64,000 nucleotides of DNA from a virus (taxonomy: Duplodnaviria; Heunggongvirae; Uroviricota; Caudoviricetes): positions 22,201-86,200 of IMG/VR virus record IMGVR_UViG_3300037471_001733. One strand, 5' to 3'. Below the pieces are notes generated by a model, which saw nothing but the letters and a program-made list of their open reading frames with translations, did not search any database and was not told the DNA's origin. The translations under genes and the position numbers were made by a program. This document shows positions 54,974 to 63,559 of the stretch, one piece after another; the first letter of the stretch is position 1; each line of letters starts with the position of its first letter.

Positions 54974-56038
54974 ATGTTCAAAAACTTGACCTTGTTGCGC
55001 ATCAGCAGCGACTGGCTGCCCGATGCCATCGCTGCCGAGGACCAGCTGGCGCGCGAGCCCTTCACCGCCTGCGGTGCGACACAACCCGCGAGTGCTGGCT
55101 GGGTGCCGCCGCGAGGTGTGCCGCATGCGCCGCTGCTGGAGGTCATCGGCGGCCATTGGATTCTGTCGTTGATGTCAGAGCGCCGGCTGCTGCCCGGATC
55201 TGTCATCAAGGACCGCGTTGCCGAGATGACTGCCGAGTTCGAGAAGGCCAACGGCTACAAGGTCGGCAAGCGCCAGCGCAAGGAACTGGTGGCGCAGGCC
55301 GAGCAGGAGTTGCTGCCGAAGGCATTCACGAAACGCTCGCTGACCAAGGTGTGGCTCGACCCCCGCGCCCGCCTCCTAGCGGTCGACACCGGCAGCGCCA
55401 GCGCGGCCGAGTCTGTGGTTTCGATGCTGGTCAAGAGCCTGGACGGCTTTGGTGTGCAGCCTGTGACGACTTGGCTGGCGCCGGCCGGCGCGATGGCGGC
55501 TTGGATCAGCGAAGGCTGCGCGCCAAGCGGCTTCAGCCTGGACCGCGAGTGCGAGCTCAAGTCCACGGACGAGATGAAGAGCGTCGTCCGCTACGCCCGC
55601 CACTCGCTGGACAACGATGACGTGCGCCGCCACATCGCATCCGGCAAGCGCCCGACGCGCCTGGCGCTGTCCTGGGGCGACCGCGTGGCGTTCACCTTGA
55701 CCGATGGGCTTGTGCTCAAGCGCATCGAGTTTCTTGACGTCGCCATGGAAGGCCGCTCCGAAGTGGACGCGGCAGAGGCCTTTGACGCTGATGCTGCTAT
55801 CGCCTGCGGCGAGCTCAGCCGCCTGATACCGGATCTGCTGGCGGCGCTTGGTAACGAGGCTGAGCAGTCGCGCATCCACGAGGAAGAATCCAGCCCCAAG
55901 GCTGCGCTACAGGACCCCGCAGTGCCGAATTTGGACCACATCAGTACATCAGCGCTCTACTTGGCAGCGCAGGTGGAGCAGCAGATGGCTCCGATACGCG
56001 CGGCCCTGTCCGAGACTGCAGGAGCCGCCAAGGCATGA
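54974..56038 (+). CDS. rdgC: recombination-associated protein RdgC homolog (354 aa)
   Basis: MFKNLTLLRISSDWLP...AREPFTACGATQPASAGWVPP...ERRLLPGSVIKD typical RdgC N-terminus. Confidence 0.75.
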   Translation: MFKNLTLLRISSDWLPDAIAAEDQLAREPFTACGATQPASAGWVPPRGVPHAPLLEVIGGHWILSLMSERRLLPGSVIKDRVAEMTAEFEKANGYKVGKRQRKELVAQAEQELLPKAFTKRSLTKVWLDPRARLLAVDTGSASAAESVVSMLVKSLDGFGVQPVTTWLAPAGAMAAWISEGCAPSGFSLDRECELKSTDEMKSVVRYARHSLDNDDVRRHIASGKRPTRLALSWGDRVAFTLTDGLVLKRIEFLDVAMEGRSEVDAAEAFDADAAIACGELSRLIPDLLAALGNEAEQSRIHEEESSPKAALQDPAVPNLDHISTSALYLAAQVEQQMAPIRAALSETAGAAKA

Positions 56039-56616
56039 GCCTGCACATCGTCCCGATCACGCTTGAGCAGGCCAAGAGGTTCGTGCGCCGGCACCACCGC
56101 CACAACAAGCCGCCCACGGGCTGGAAGTTCGGCGTGGGCCTGTGCCACAGCGCCGGGCCGCTAGTGGGAGTGGCGACCGCTGGGCGCCCGGTGTCGCGCG
56201 AGATCCAGGAGCGCGAGCCGCTGACGCTGGAGGTCAACCGCACGTGCACGGACGGCACGCGCAACGCCAACTCGATGCTCTACGGCGCGATCTGGCGCGC
56301 GGCCAAGGCCCTGGGCTACACGCGCGCCATCACCTACATCCAAGGCAACGAGACGGGCGCCTCGCTCAAGGCTGCGGGCTGGGTGAAGGTGCGCGACCTA
56401 GATGCGCGCGGCTCCTGGAAGGAGTCGAGCAAGAAGTTGGCGCACCTGCGCGACGACGAGGGCACGGGCGGCGTGGCGCGGCAGCTGTGGGAAATCCGCG
56501 CTGCGACCGCCGGCCCAGTGGTGCTGCCCGACCTGGGCGCCGACGACGATCTGACAGACGACACAGAAGACCCCACGGGCGACTTGTTCGCCGAAGCTGA
56601 AGGAGAGCCCGCATGA
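56035..56616 (+). CDS. XF1762-family / GNAT-fold-like protein (193 aa) with acidic tail
   Basis: ATGA overlap; ITLEQAKRFVRRHHRHNKPP.GWKFGVG...LVGVATAGRPVSR...LEVNRTC...NANSMLYGA..RAAKALGY...TY....E.GASLKAAGW. Confidence 0.55.
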   Translation: MSLHIVPITLEQAKRFVRRHHRHNKPPTGWKFGVGLCHSAGPLVGVATAGRPVSREIQEREPLTLEVNRTCTDGTRNANSMLYGAIWRAAKALGYTRAITYIQGNETGASLKAAGWVKVRDLDARGSWKESSKKLAHLRDDEGTGGVARQLWEIRAATAGPVVLPDLGADDDLTDDTEDPTGDLFAEAEGEPA

Positions 56617-56774
56617 CCATCGTCGCCCGCCAACCCATCCGCCAAGCCTTCAAGGCCGCCCTCAAGATCGACCCGCACAAGACGCTGGAGCAGTGCATCG
56701 AGGACGCCATCCAGACCGTCGCCAAGGAGCGACGCCTGCCGGCCGAGTTGGTGCGGCAGGCCATTGAGGACTGA
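56613..56774 (+). CDS. hypothetical small protein (53 aa)
   Basis: Below ORF-track cutoff; ATGA overlap; MTIVARQPIRQAFKAALKIDPHKTLEQCIEDAIQTVAKERRLPAELVRQAIED. Confidence 0.4.
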   Translation: MTIVARQPIRQAFKAALKIDPHKTLEQCIEDAIQTVAKERRLPAELVRQAIED

Positions 56775-56778
56775 CACC

Positions 56779-57249
56779 ATGAGCACGAATCCCATTGCCT
56801 CCATCACCGAGTGGATGGATGGAGCAGGCCACGGACCCGAGAGCCTGCCGCTGTACTTCGCTCTGACGCTGGAAGAAGGCGGGCAGGAGATGCTGGACCC
56901 GGTGTCGCTGCTGCACCCCAACGACAGGGTTGAGCCCACCGAAAGGCTTGGACTGATGCTGAAGAACCTGAGCCGAATGATCCGCAACGGCGATGTGCGC
57001 TTGGATGTGGCCAACCGCGCGGAGCTACTGGATGCAGCGCTGGACACCGCCTGGGTTGCCCTGTGCCTGGCGCGCACGCTCACCGGCGACAGGCTGGGAG
57101 AGGCTTGGGCGGAACTGCATCGCAGCAACGTGACGGACAAGCAGCAGGACGGCGTGTTCGTCAAGGACGCATCAGGCAAGGTCTGCAAGCCGAATGGCTA
57201 CAGAGGCCCGAACTTCGCGCAGTTCCTATTAGCGGCAAAGACTAGTTGA
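56779..57249 (+). CDS. all-alpha MazG/HisE-like nucleoside-triphosphate pyrophosphohydrolase (156 aa)
   Basis: LTLEEGGQEMLD, LLDAALDTAWVALCLA, AWAELHRSNVTDK...KDASGKVCKPNGYRGPNFAQFL match the phage MazG-like NTP-PPase pattern. Confidence 0.6.
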   Translation: MSTNPIASITEWMDGAGHGPESLPLYFALTLEEGGQEMLDPVSLLHPNDRVEPTERLGLMLKNLSRMIRNGDVRLDVANRAELLDAALDTAWVALCLARTLTGDRLGEAWAELHRSNVTDKQQDGVFVKDASGKVCKPNGYRGPNFAQFLLAAKTS

Positions 57250-57335
57250 TTTGTGTGACTATGCGTCGAGAAATGCCTTATCCACAGGCTTTTTAATACA
57301 CTCAGTCAGTGCCGCGTTGACCCAGGAGCCTGCCC

Positions 57336-57665
57336 TTGAACCAAGACGACAAGCCAATCCGAGAAGCCCGTGCGGCGCTTCTGGAACTGCGCGGCCTCGG
57401 CATCGAAAAGCCTGCGCGTGCACAGCAACTGTTCGCGCGCATCGGGCTGGCGCTGGATGCCGTTGCTGCGGACCAGCACATGAGCCTGTTCCTCGCCGCC
57501 TATGCCGTGCTTCAGCAGCGCCAGCACGGAGGCGTCACGCCGCACGGATGGGAGCAGTTGTGGAATGCGGCTGACGCGCTGCTGGGGCACTACGGGATCA
57601 CCGGACCGGCAGACGTGGATGCGCTGCAGGAGCAACTTGACGAACGAATGGAGCAGCCGGCTTGA
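57336..57665 (+). CDS. hypothetical protein (109 aa), TTG start
   Basis: AGGAG 7 nt upstream of TTG 57336; follows an AT-richer intergenic gap. Confidence 0.45.
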   Translation: MNQDDKPIREARAALLELRGLGIEKPARAQQLFARIGLALDAVAADQHMSLFLAAYAVLQQRQHGGVTPHGWEQLWNAADALLGHYGITGPADVDALQEQLDERMEQPA

Positions 57666-58108
57666 ACTACATGATCGACCAGCCCTCTTGGGCGGATGCG
57701 CCAGCGTGGGCCACGCATCTGCTGCGCCATGACACCAATTTTCCGCACGAGGTCTACGCCTGGGCATGCGATGGCGGTGACAGACGCCTTTATGCCGGCC
57801 CGGCTGGGCATGTCAATGCGCGACTGCAGCTTGTTGTTGGCGAGCACGACGACCTGTGGAAGATGATCGAAACGCGGCCGGCAGCGCCAGCCGCCGACAT
57901 AGGGCACTGCGGCCAGTGCCACTTCGCCGGCCCCGTGGAGATGAGGATGTGCCTATGCCGGCGCCACGCCCCAACAGGCGTGCGCAATCCGCCGCATGTA
58001 GTTGACATTCGGAGCGGCTGCCTGTCGTCGGCGGCGCCAGCGTTTCCGCTCATGGCCGCAGAGCGCGACTGGTGCGGCGACTTTCGGCGCCGGGAGGCTG
58101 GAGCATGA
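57662..58108 (+). CDS. hypothetical Cys/His-rich protein (148 aa)
   Basis: TTGA overlap (alternative ATG 57671); HCGQCHF...CLCRRH. Confidence 0.5.
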   Translation: MNYMIDQPSWADAPAWATHLLRHDTNFPHEVYAWACDGGDRRLYAGPAGHVNARLQLVVGEHDDLWKMIETRPAAPAADIGHCGQCHFAGPVEMRMCLCRRHAPTGVRNPPHVVDIRSGCLSSAAPAFPLMAAERDWCGDFRRREAGA

Positions 58109-58461
58109 GCAACGACACCTATCTGACCATCGTGTACCGCGGCATCCAGGCCGGCGACGAAGCCCGCGCACTGACCGAGCACCCGAAAGCCTCGGTGCTC
58201 GCATGGGGGCATCAACTGCTCAAGCGCGACATCCTGCAGGAGACGGTGGACTGCCAAGCCGCCGAGATCGCGTCGCTCAAAGCCGCGCTGGAGCACTCGC
58301 AGCGTGCCGGCGGAACGCAGCAGCAACCTGGCGATCAGATGGCAAGGCTGCGCGAACTGTCAGCACTGGATGATCGGATCAACGCGCTGCGCGACAAGCG
58401 CGACACGCTGCTGCGCTTGATTGCGGAAAGCCACGCGGGCACCACCGGGAGCGCGGCATGA
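58105..58461 (+). CDS. hypothetical coiled-coil protein (118 aa)
   Basis: ATGA overlap. Confidence 0.5.
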   Translation: MSNDTYLTIVYRGIQAGDEARALTEHPKASVLAWGHQLLKRDILQETVDCQAAEIASLKAALEHSQRAGGTQQQPGDQMARLRELSALDDRINALRDKRDTLLRLIAESHAGTTGSAA

Positions 58462-59000
58462 GAAACGAGAACGCTAATCCCGCGCCGGCCATCCAAGTCG
58501 CCGAAATCGTGGAGATACTGCCCACACGCATCTGGATCGAGTCCGATTTTTTGGGCGGGCGCCATGTCGTGCTGCAGCACCAGGACTGCGAGCAGTTCAC
58601 CTACGCGAGCTTTGGCTACGACTGGCGCTACACCAGCAACGCCGGCACGTATGAAGCCGCGCGGCAGATTGCGCTGGCGCTCGGAGCGCAAGAACCGATT
58701 GAGGAGCGCACGCGCGGCCTGGAGCCGCCTGACTCGACGGCGATGCAGTACCTGGCGCTCACGGACGCCATGCACTACGAGGCCGGCCCGCAACTGCTGT
58801 CGCCGGAGGAATACGCCGCCGCGCTGTACGCCGATGCCGCACGCTACCGCTGGCTCATGGGCGACTGCGACGGCGACGCGCAGGACGACGTGATTCAGTG
58901 GCTCGCCAAGACGGTAGCCAGCAAGGGCTGCATTGATGCGCTCATCGACAACGCCAGGATGGACCCGGCCACAGGCGCCATTGAGGGAGCGCAGCCATGA
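58458..59000 (+). CDS. hypothetical protein (180 aa)
   Basis: ATGA overlap. Confidence 0.55.
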   Translation: MRNENANPAPAIQVAEIVEILPTRIWIESDFLGGRHVVLQHQDCEQFTYASFGYDWRYTSNAGTYEAARQIALALGAQEPIEERTRGLEPPDSTAMQYLALTDAMHYEAGPQLLSPEEYAAALYADAARYRWLMGDCDGDAQDDVIQWLAKTVASKGCIDALIDNARMDPATGAIEGAQP

Positions 59001-59668
59001 GCACCGTCACCATCAGCCGCGCCACGCTAGAGCGCTGGGAGGGTTTGCTGTTCGCTGCCCACCAAGGCATTGCGCACAAGTCGGTAGTGCGTGATGTGCG
59101 CGGCGAGATGCAGACCACGTTGGCGGACGCGGACACCATCGCACACAGCGAGTGGAAGTGCGGCAACGAGTTCCTGCCATACCACCCGCAGGCATCACAC
59201 GCACCGCCCGACTACAGGGATGGCTGGAATGCCTGCTTTAAGGCGGCAATGGCGCTGCGCCAGCCCATCCCCGAATCCATGCTCACCGGTCCAGCGCTTG
59301 GCGAGGCCATCGAGGCAGCGCGCGCCAAGAAAGGCGTCACCAAGAAGGCCATGGCCGACCACTTCGGCGTTGAGCCGCCGTCGATTCAGGGCTGGGTCAA
59401 CTGCGGCACCATCAGCAAGGAAAAGCTGCCGAAGCTTTGGGCGTACTTCAGCGACGTGGTCGGCCCGGAGCATTGGGGGCTTAGCGCCTACGCGGCGCCG
59501 GTCTCGCGATTCAGCGACGCGGATGTCAAGCAAATCATGGCGCTGGTCCACGACGCCAAGAACGCCTCCGTGATGATTGGCAAGGGCTGCGACTACGCCG
59601 CCTGGTATCGCAAGGCAGAGAAAGCTACCGATGAAATTGAGGCGCTGCTGCGCGCTGCTGGAGGTTGA
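58997..59668 (+). CDS. HTH (XRE/Cro-type) domain protein (223 aa)
   Basis: GVTKKAMADHFGVEPPSIQGWVNCGTISKEKLPKLWAYF central HTH. Confidence 0.55.
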   Translation: MSTVTISRATLERWEGLLFAAHQGIAHKSVVRDVRGEMQTTLADADTIAHSEWKCGNEFLPYHPQASHAPPDYRDGWNACFKAAMALRQPIPESMLTGPALGEAIEAARAKKGVTKKAMADHFGVEPPSIQGWVNCGTISKEKLPKLWAYFSDVVGPEHWGLSAYAAPVSRFSDADVKQIMALVHDAKNASVMIGKGCDYAAWYRKAEKATDEIEALLRAAGG

Positions 59669-59669
59669 C

Positions 59670-59780
59670 ATGGACGAGACCCTGCACACCGGCCTGACGC
59701 TCGCTGCCCTCATCGGAGCCATCCTGTTTCTGGCGTGGGCCTGGACCCGCGAGGACCGGCGCGACGAGCGCGGGGACTGA
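59670..59780 (+). CDS. single-TM peptide (36 aa)
   Basis: MDETLHTGLTLAALIGAILFLAWAWTREDRRDERGD. Confidence 0.4.
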   Translation: MDETLHTGLTLAALIGAILFLAWAWTREDRRDERGD

Positions 59781-59782
59781 CG

Positions 59783-60076
59783 ATGCCCGATGCCCTGCTT
59801 TTCCTCGCAGACGTGCTCCTGCTGGCGCTGGTGATCGTCGGCATGTGCCTACTGCACAGCCAGCAGAAGAACCGCGAGAAGGTCGATGCTGCCGTGCGCG
59901 AACTCAACACAGCCGTGCAACGGGTGTTGGACGCGCGCGACAAGATCATTGAACTCGGCTACGAGCAGGACCGCAAGGCCGCCGAGCTGCGCCAGTACCT
60001 CAACGGCTTCGCGGGCTGGCTGTCGCTGCAGCGGGCCATTCACGATGCGGCCGAAGCCGCCACCAAGAAGGACTGA
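59783..60076 (+). CDS. N-terminally membrane-anchored coiled-coil protein (97 aa)
   Basis: ALLFLADVLLLALVIVGMCLL TM helix. Confidence 0.5.
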   Translation: MPDALLFLADVLLLALVIVGMCLLHSQQKNREKVDAAVRELNTAVQRVLDARDKIIELGYEQDRKAAELRQYLNGFAGWLSLQRAIHDAAEAATKKD

Positions 60077-60078
60077 GC

Positions 60079-60519
60079 ATGGCCGTATCCGCGATTCAAC
60101 CGAAGCGCCCCAAAACCTCTGGCTGGGTTCCGGTGCCAGCATGGCAACAGCAGAAGCGGCACATTGAGCTGGTGTGCGACTTCCCTTCTGAGGCGTGGCT
60201 GCACCGCAGCAGCGGCATCTACGTGATCAGTTCTGTGGAAGTGGCTCACGACCCAGGGCAGCCCGACCTTGGGCCGGAATACCACCTGAGTATGAGCCGC
60301 AATGGTGGGCGCTGCACCAGCGGCGATGCGCTGTGGGTGCTGTCCTGCTTCGACGTGTCCGACGCGAAGGAAGACAACCATGTGCCCAACGGCATCGCCA
60401 GGAATTGGTGGCGCCCGGTGGCCGACAACCTCAGCGGCTACGAGTGCCCGTGCCAGGATGAAGAGCCGGCGATGCGAGAGGACAAGGGCGACTATGTTTG
60501 GCGCGGAGTGACGCGGTGA
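60079..60519 (+). CDS. hypothetical protein (146 aa)
   Basis: ORF; no motif recognised. Confidence 0.55.
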   Translation: MAVSAIQPKRPKTSGWVPVPAWQQQKRHIELVCDFPSEAWLHRSSGIYVISSVEVAHDPGQPDLGPEYHLSMSRNGGRCTSGDALWVLSCFDVSDAKEDNHVPNGIARNWWRPVADNLSGYECPCQDEEPAMREDKGDYVWRGVTR

Positions 60520-60758
60520 GCCTGTTCACCGTTCTGACGCCCGCTGAGGCTGAGTTGATGCAGACCGAAATCCGCCTGCTGCGCGAAACCGTGAAAGGCC
60601 TATCCACCGTGCTCAACATCGCCCGCACGCATAAATGCGGCAGCGTGGGCGACTACATCCCGACAAATGCAGGCAGCCAAGTACGGTGTGCAGATGCGCT
60701 GGCCATGGCGCATACAGCGCTGCTACTTGGGACCAGGAAACCGCTGGAGAAAAACTGA
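60516..60758 (+). CDS. hypothetical protein (80 aa)
   Basis: GTGA overlap. Confidence 0.45.
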   Translation: MSLFTVLTPAEAELMQTEIRLLRETVKGLSTVLNIARTHKCGSVGDYIPTNAGSQVRCADALAMAHTALLLGTRKPLEKN

Positions 60759-61036
60759 TGACCACCACCCAGACACCCGAGATGCTGGACGAGCTGCTGC
60801 GCGTCACGACCCCGGCGCAACCTCGGATCGACTACGACACGCTGCGTGCGCGGTACGAGTGGCTGTGCAGCAACCTGGGCAAGCTCTACAGGGTTGAAGC
60901 CCTTCGACGCGCTGGTGCCGCAGACGGCGACCCCGTGGACGCCACGAGATTCGAGTTCAGGAAGTGGGATGGCTGCGTGTTTGACCCGGCCAGCGTGGAT
61001 GCATTGGTGGCGAAGGCTATGAAGGGGGAAGGCTGA
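60758..61036 (+). CDS. hypothetical protein (92 aa)
   Basis: TGATG junction. Confidence 0.5.
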   Translation: MTTTQTPEMLDELLRVTTPAQPRIDYDTLRARYEWLCSNLGKLYRVEALRRAGAADGDPVDATRFEFRKWDGCVFDPASVDALVAKAMKGEG

Positions 61037-61227
61037 TGGCGAGCCCATACGCCAGATGCACCTGCCCCCTGGGAAGCACCTGCTCCTGTGGTGCCCTGAC
61101 CTACGGCGACCTACAGAACCACGAGGTCAAGATGCTGCGCGAGGCCGTGACGAAGCTGCGCAATAAGGCAAAGGCCGCGGCGCCGGCAGACACGCAGGCG
61201 GCGCTGGGGCTGGAGGGCAAGCCTTGA
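61036..61227 (+). CDS. hypothetical Cys-containing protein (63 aa)
   Basis: TGATG junction; CTCPLGSTCSCG. Confidence 0.45.
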   Translation: MASPYARCTCPLGSTCSCGALTYGDLQNHEVKMLREAVTKLRNKAKAAAPADTQAALGLEGKP

Positions 61228-61424
61228 ACAGCCGCAGCACCCGCTGGCACGCTCGCGTCGGCATGGCATGGCTTGCCGCCTCATTCCTCTGCGACTTCGG
61301 CCGCTTGGCCGTTGACAGGCTCAGCACTGTGGACAGCGTGCTCTTTGGCGCGCAATTGGTCTGCATCGCGGTATCGGCCGCTCATGCCGTCGCGTCGATC
61401 GCTACATGGAGGTCGCAACCTTGA
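61224..61424 (+). CDS. small membrane protein (66 aa), TTG start
   Basis: TTGA overlap; two hydrophobic segments. Confidence 0.4.
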   Translation: MNSRSTRWHARVGMAWLAASFLCDFGRLAVDRLSTVDSVLFGAQLVCIAVSAAHAVASIATWRSQP

Positions 61425-61738
61425 AGCTGCGTCAACTCAAGCGGAAGCACGTCGGGCGCCTGCGCCTGCGCATCGTCATGGCGCGCATGGCCGCGCTGAG
61501 GATCGAGTGGGACCGCGCCTTAGACGACATGGCCGGCGCGATGGCAAAGGCCATCCTTGGCTATGGCGAGGCGATCAAGCAGCGCCTGCTACTGGTCTTC
61601 AACAAGACCGGCGATCTCGTGGCCCACAGCGATACCGCTTGCCAACCGGACACGCCGATGACCATGGGCCTGATCCCCGCCAACACGCAAATCAAAGGCC
61701 ACATCGCCAGTGCGCCGCTGGAAATGCATGACCGATAG
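61406..61738 (+). CDS. hypothetical protein (about 105-110 aa; start ATG 61406 or TTG 61421)
   Basis: TTGA overlap option at 61421. Confidence 0.45.
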   Translation: MEVATLKLRQLKRKHVGRLRLRIVMARMAALRIEWDRALDDMAGAMAKAILGYGEAIKQRLLLVFNKTGDLVAHSDTACQPDTPMTMGLIPANTQIKGHIASAPLEMHDR

Positions 61739-62237
61739 CAACTTCCCCGACACCCCTACCCTGCGCGACGAGTTCGCTCTGCACGCCCCCATTGATTTCA
61801 ACGCGGCGCTGCGCCTATGGGGCGATGCGGACGCTGACTTGGTCAACGACGCGAACCGGGTCACGTTCATGATGCTCTGGGCGATGCACCGGTACGACTA
61901 CGCCGACGCCATGCTGGCTCAGCGCGACGAGCCACAGCGTGAGCCCGGGCAGCCGTTGCCATCCGGTGAGGACCGGCGCCTGGACCGCAAGCTGGTGACG
62001 CTCGACTTCTGGGACTACCGCGTCACGAAGCCTCTGGCCACCGCCGGCATCGAGACCCTGCGACAGCTGCTGGCGCTGGACATCTACCAGCTCGACGCCA
62101 TCAAGGGCATCGGGCCGGACGGGCTGCGCGACATCATCGACCGGCTCAACCGCGAGGGGCTGCGCCTGGCGCCAAAGGCAGCGCCAGCATTCGTGGACGA
62201 TGCGCCTGGGATCGGCGAAGAGACGATTGGGGGCTGA
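61728..62237 (+). CDS. protein with C-terminal RNA polymerase alpha-CTD-like helix-hairpin-helix domain (169 aa)
   Basis: YRVTKPLATAGIETLRQLLALDIYQLDAIKGIGPDGLRDIIDRLNREGLRL parallels the RpoA CTD pattern. Confidence 0.55.
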   Translation: MTDSNFPDTPTLRDEFALHAPIDFNAALRLWGDADADLVNDANRVTFMMLWAMHRYDYADAMLAQRDEPQREPGQPLPSGEDRRLDRKLVTLDFWDYRVTKPLATAGIETLRQLLALDIYQLDAIKGIGPDGLRDIIDRLNREGLRLAPKAAPAFVDDAPGIGEETIGG

Positions 62238-62239
62238 TC

Positions 62240-62425
62240 ATGTTCTGGAATGCACTTCTGCTAGTAGTGTTCTGCGTCGCGCTGCCGATTTTCGCTGGCA
62301 TGCTGAGAGAGGGAGCATCCCCGAAAGAGCTTGGCCAATTCGTGACCTCGCAATGGGGCATGACCATCTTCTTCCCGATTGGGATGGTCCTGTTCGTGAT
62401 TTGGCTGCTTGAGTACAGGCCTTGA
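62240..62425 (+). CDS. small membrane protein (61 aa, 2 TM)
   Basis: FWNALLLVVFCVALPIFAGML...MTIFFPIGMVLFVIWLL. Confidence 0.5.
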   Translation: MFWNALLLVVFCVALPIFAGMLREGASPKELGQFVTSQWGMTIFFPIGMVLFVIWLLEYRP

Positions 62426-62555
62426 GTGCACCGACCACCGGCTGGCCGCCGCCCGCGCTGGCGCAGGACGACTGCTTTGAGCTTTTCCGGTGGTTCGCGT
62501 CCAAGCCTGACGCGCGGCGGCTGGTGCGCGAGCACTGCGCGCGCATCGCTGCGAA

Positions 62556-62957
62556 TCAGGGGCGCGCCTTGCGCTCAATGTCCTCAGCCGTTTCCGGCCG
62601 GCGCGCGATCCAGCCCTGCGGCTCGTCGTGCTCGCTGACAGTGGGTTTCGCGGGCAGGGATTCGCCCGGGGCGGTTGGGGCCGGCATCCAGTGCGTGACG
62701 TTGAACATTTCATAGCCGCAGCTCATCCACTGGCCGTCGATGTAGAGGCCCAGCAGCTTGCGCGTCGGGTTGCGCAGGTCGGGCGAATAGAAGATCACGT
62801 CCTCGCGGTCCACCGGCAGCCGCTCGCTGACCGGAATCCAAGGTTCCGGCTGCGTCTGCGGGGCGGCGGCCAGCACGCTTTCCGCCCAATCCAGCAGCTT
62901 CAGTTCGTCCGCGTAGAACAGTTCGACGGACAGCTTCGGAAGCGTCGGTGTAGTCAT
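62556..62957 (-). CDS. DUF551-domain protein (133 aa)
   Basis: WIPVSERLPVDREDVIFY...GLYIDGQWMS....FNVTHWMPAP is the DUF551 pattern. Confidence 0.65.
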   Translation of the reverse strand: MTTPTLPKLSVELFYADELKLLDWAESVLAAAPQTQPEPWIPVSERLPVDREDVIFYSPDLRNPTRKLLGLYIDGQWMSCGYEMFNVTHWMPAPTAPGESLPAKPTVSEHDEPQGWIARRPETAEDIERKARP

Positions 62958-62986
62958 TGGTACTCCAGAAAATCAGATTCGTGGGC

Positions 62987-63484
62987 TTATCTGATGGTTA
63001 TTTCCGCGCTTTTCAGCATGGCGCGCAGTTCTTCAACCTCGATCCGGCAGGTTTGCTCCGGCGGTCGGCCTTGCCCGGTTTCTCTGAAGTGAATGGCGCT
63101 CTCCATAGCGGTGAGGCACCGTTGAGCAAGGTCGTGCCAGCCTTGCGGCTCCGGCTGCGCCTGCGGGGCGGCGGCCAGGATTGCGATGGCGGCCTCCACC
63201 CGGTCGTCGGGGTACTGGGTGGTGTCACGCAGCTTGGCCTCCGCTTCCAGCGCACGGCGCTTCCAGTCCAGCAAATCCTCCCGGGCGCCTTCGTAGGCGT
63301 CGCGGAAGTCGTTGGGCTGCGCCTGCGGGGCGGCGTCCTCCAGTTCCCGTAGCGCCGAAATCATCGCGGCGCGGGCCTCGTTGGTGGCGGCGTCGGACCA
63401 CGCGCCGGCATTGCCTGCCCGCCACTTGGCTTCAGCGTAGGTGTCCAGCAGGGCAATCAGCTTGTTGGTGGTGGGTCGGTTCAT
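62987..63484 (-). CDS. hypothetical coiled-coil protein (165 aa), Ead/Ea22-like organisation
   Basis: Contains AAPQAQP linkers shared with the DUF551 gene; RBS context GGATTACGAACCATG. Confidence 0.5.
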   Translation of the reverse strand: MNRPTTNKLIALLDTYAEAKWRAGNAGAWSDAATNEARAAMISALRELEDAAPQAQPNDFRDAYEGAREDLLDWKRRALEAEAKLRDTTQYPDDRVEAAIAILAAAPQAQPEPQGWHDLAQRCLTAMESAIHFRETGQGRPPEQTCRIEVEELRAMLKSAEITIR

Positions 63485-63559
63485 GGTTCGTAATCCAGAT
63501 AATTTGACGTAGGGCTAGGGTAGTTAAGGACCTCTTATCTCAAATAAGAAAAATCGTGT

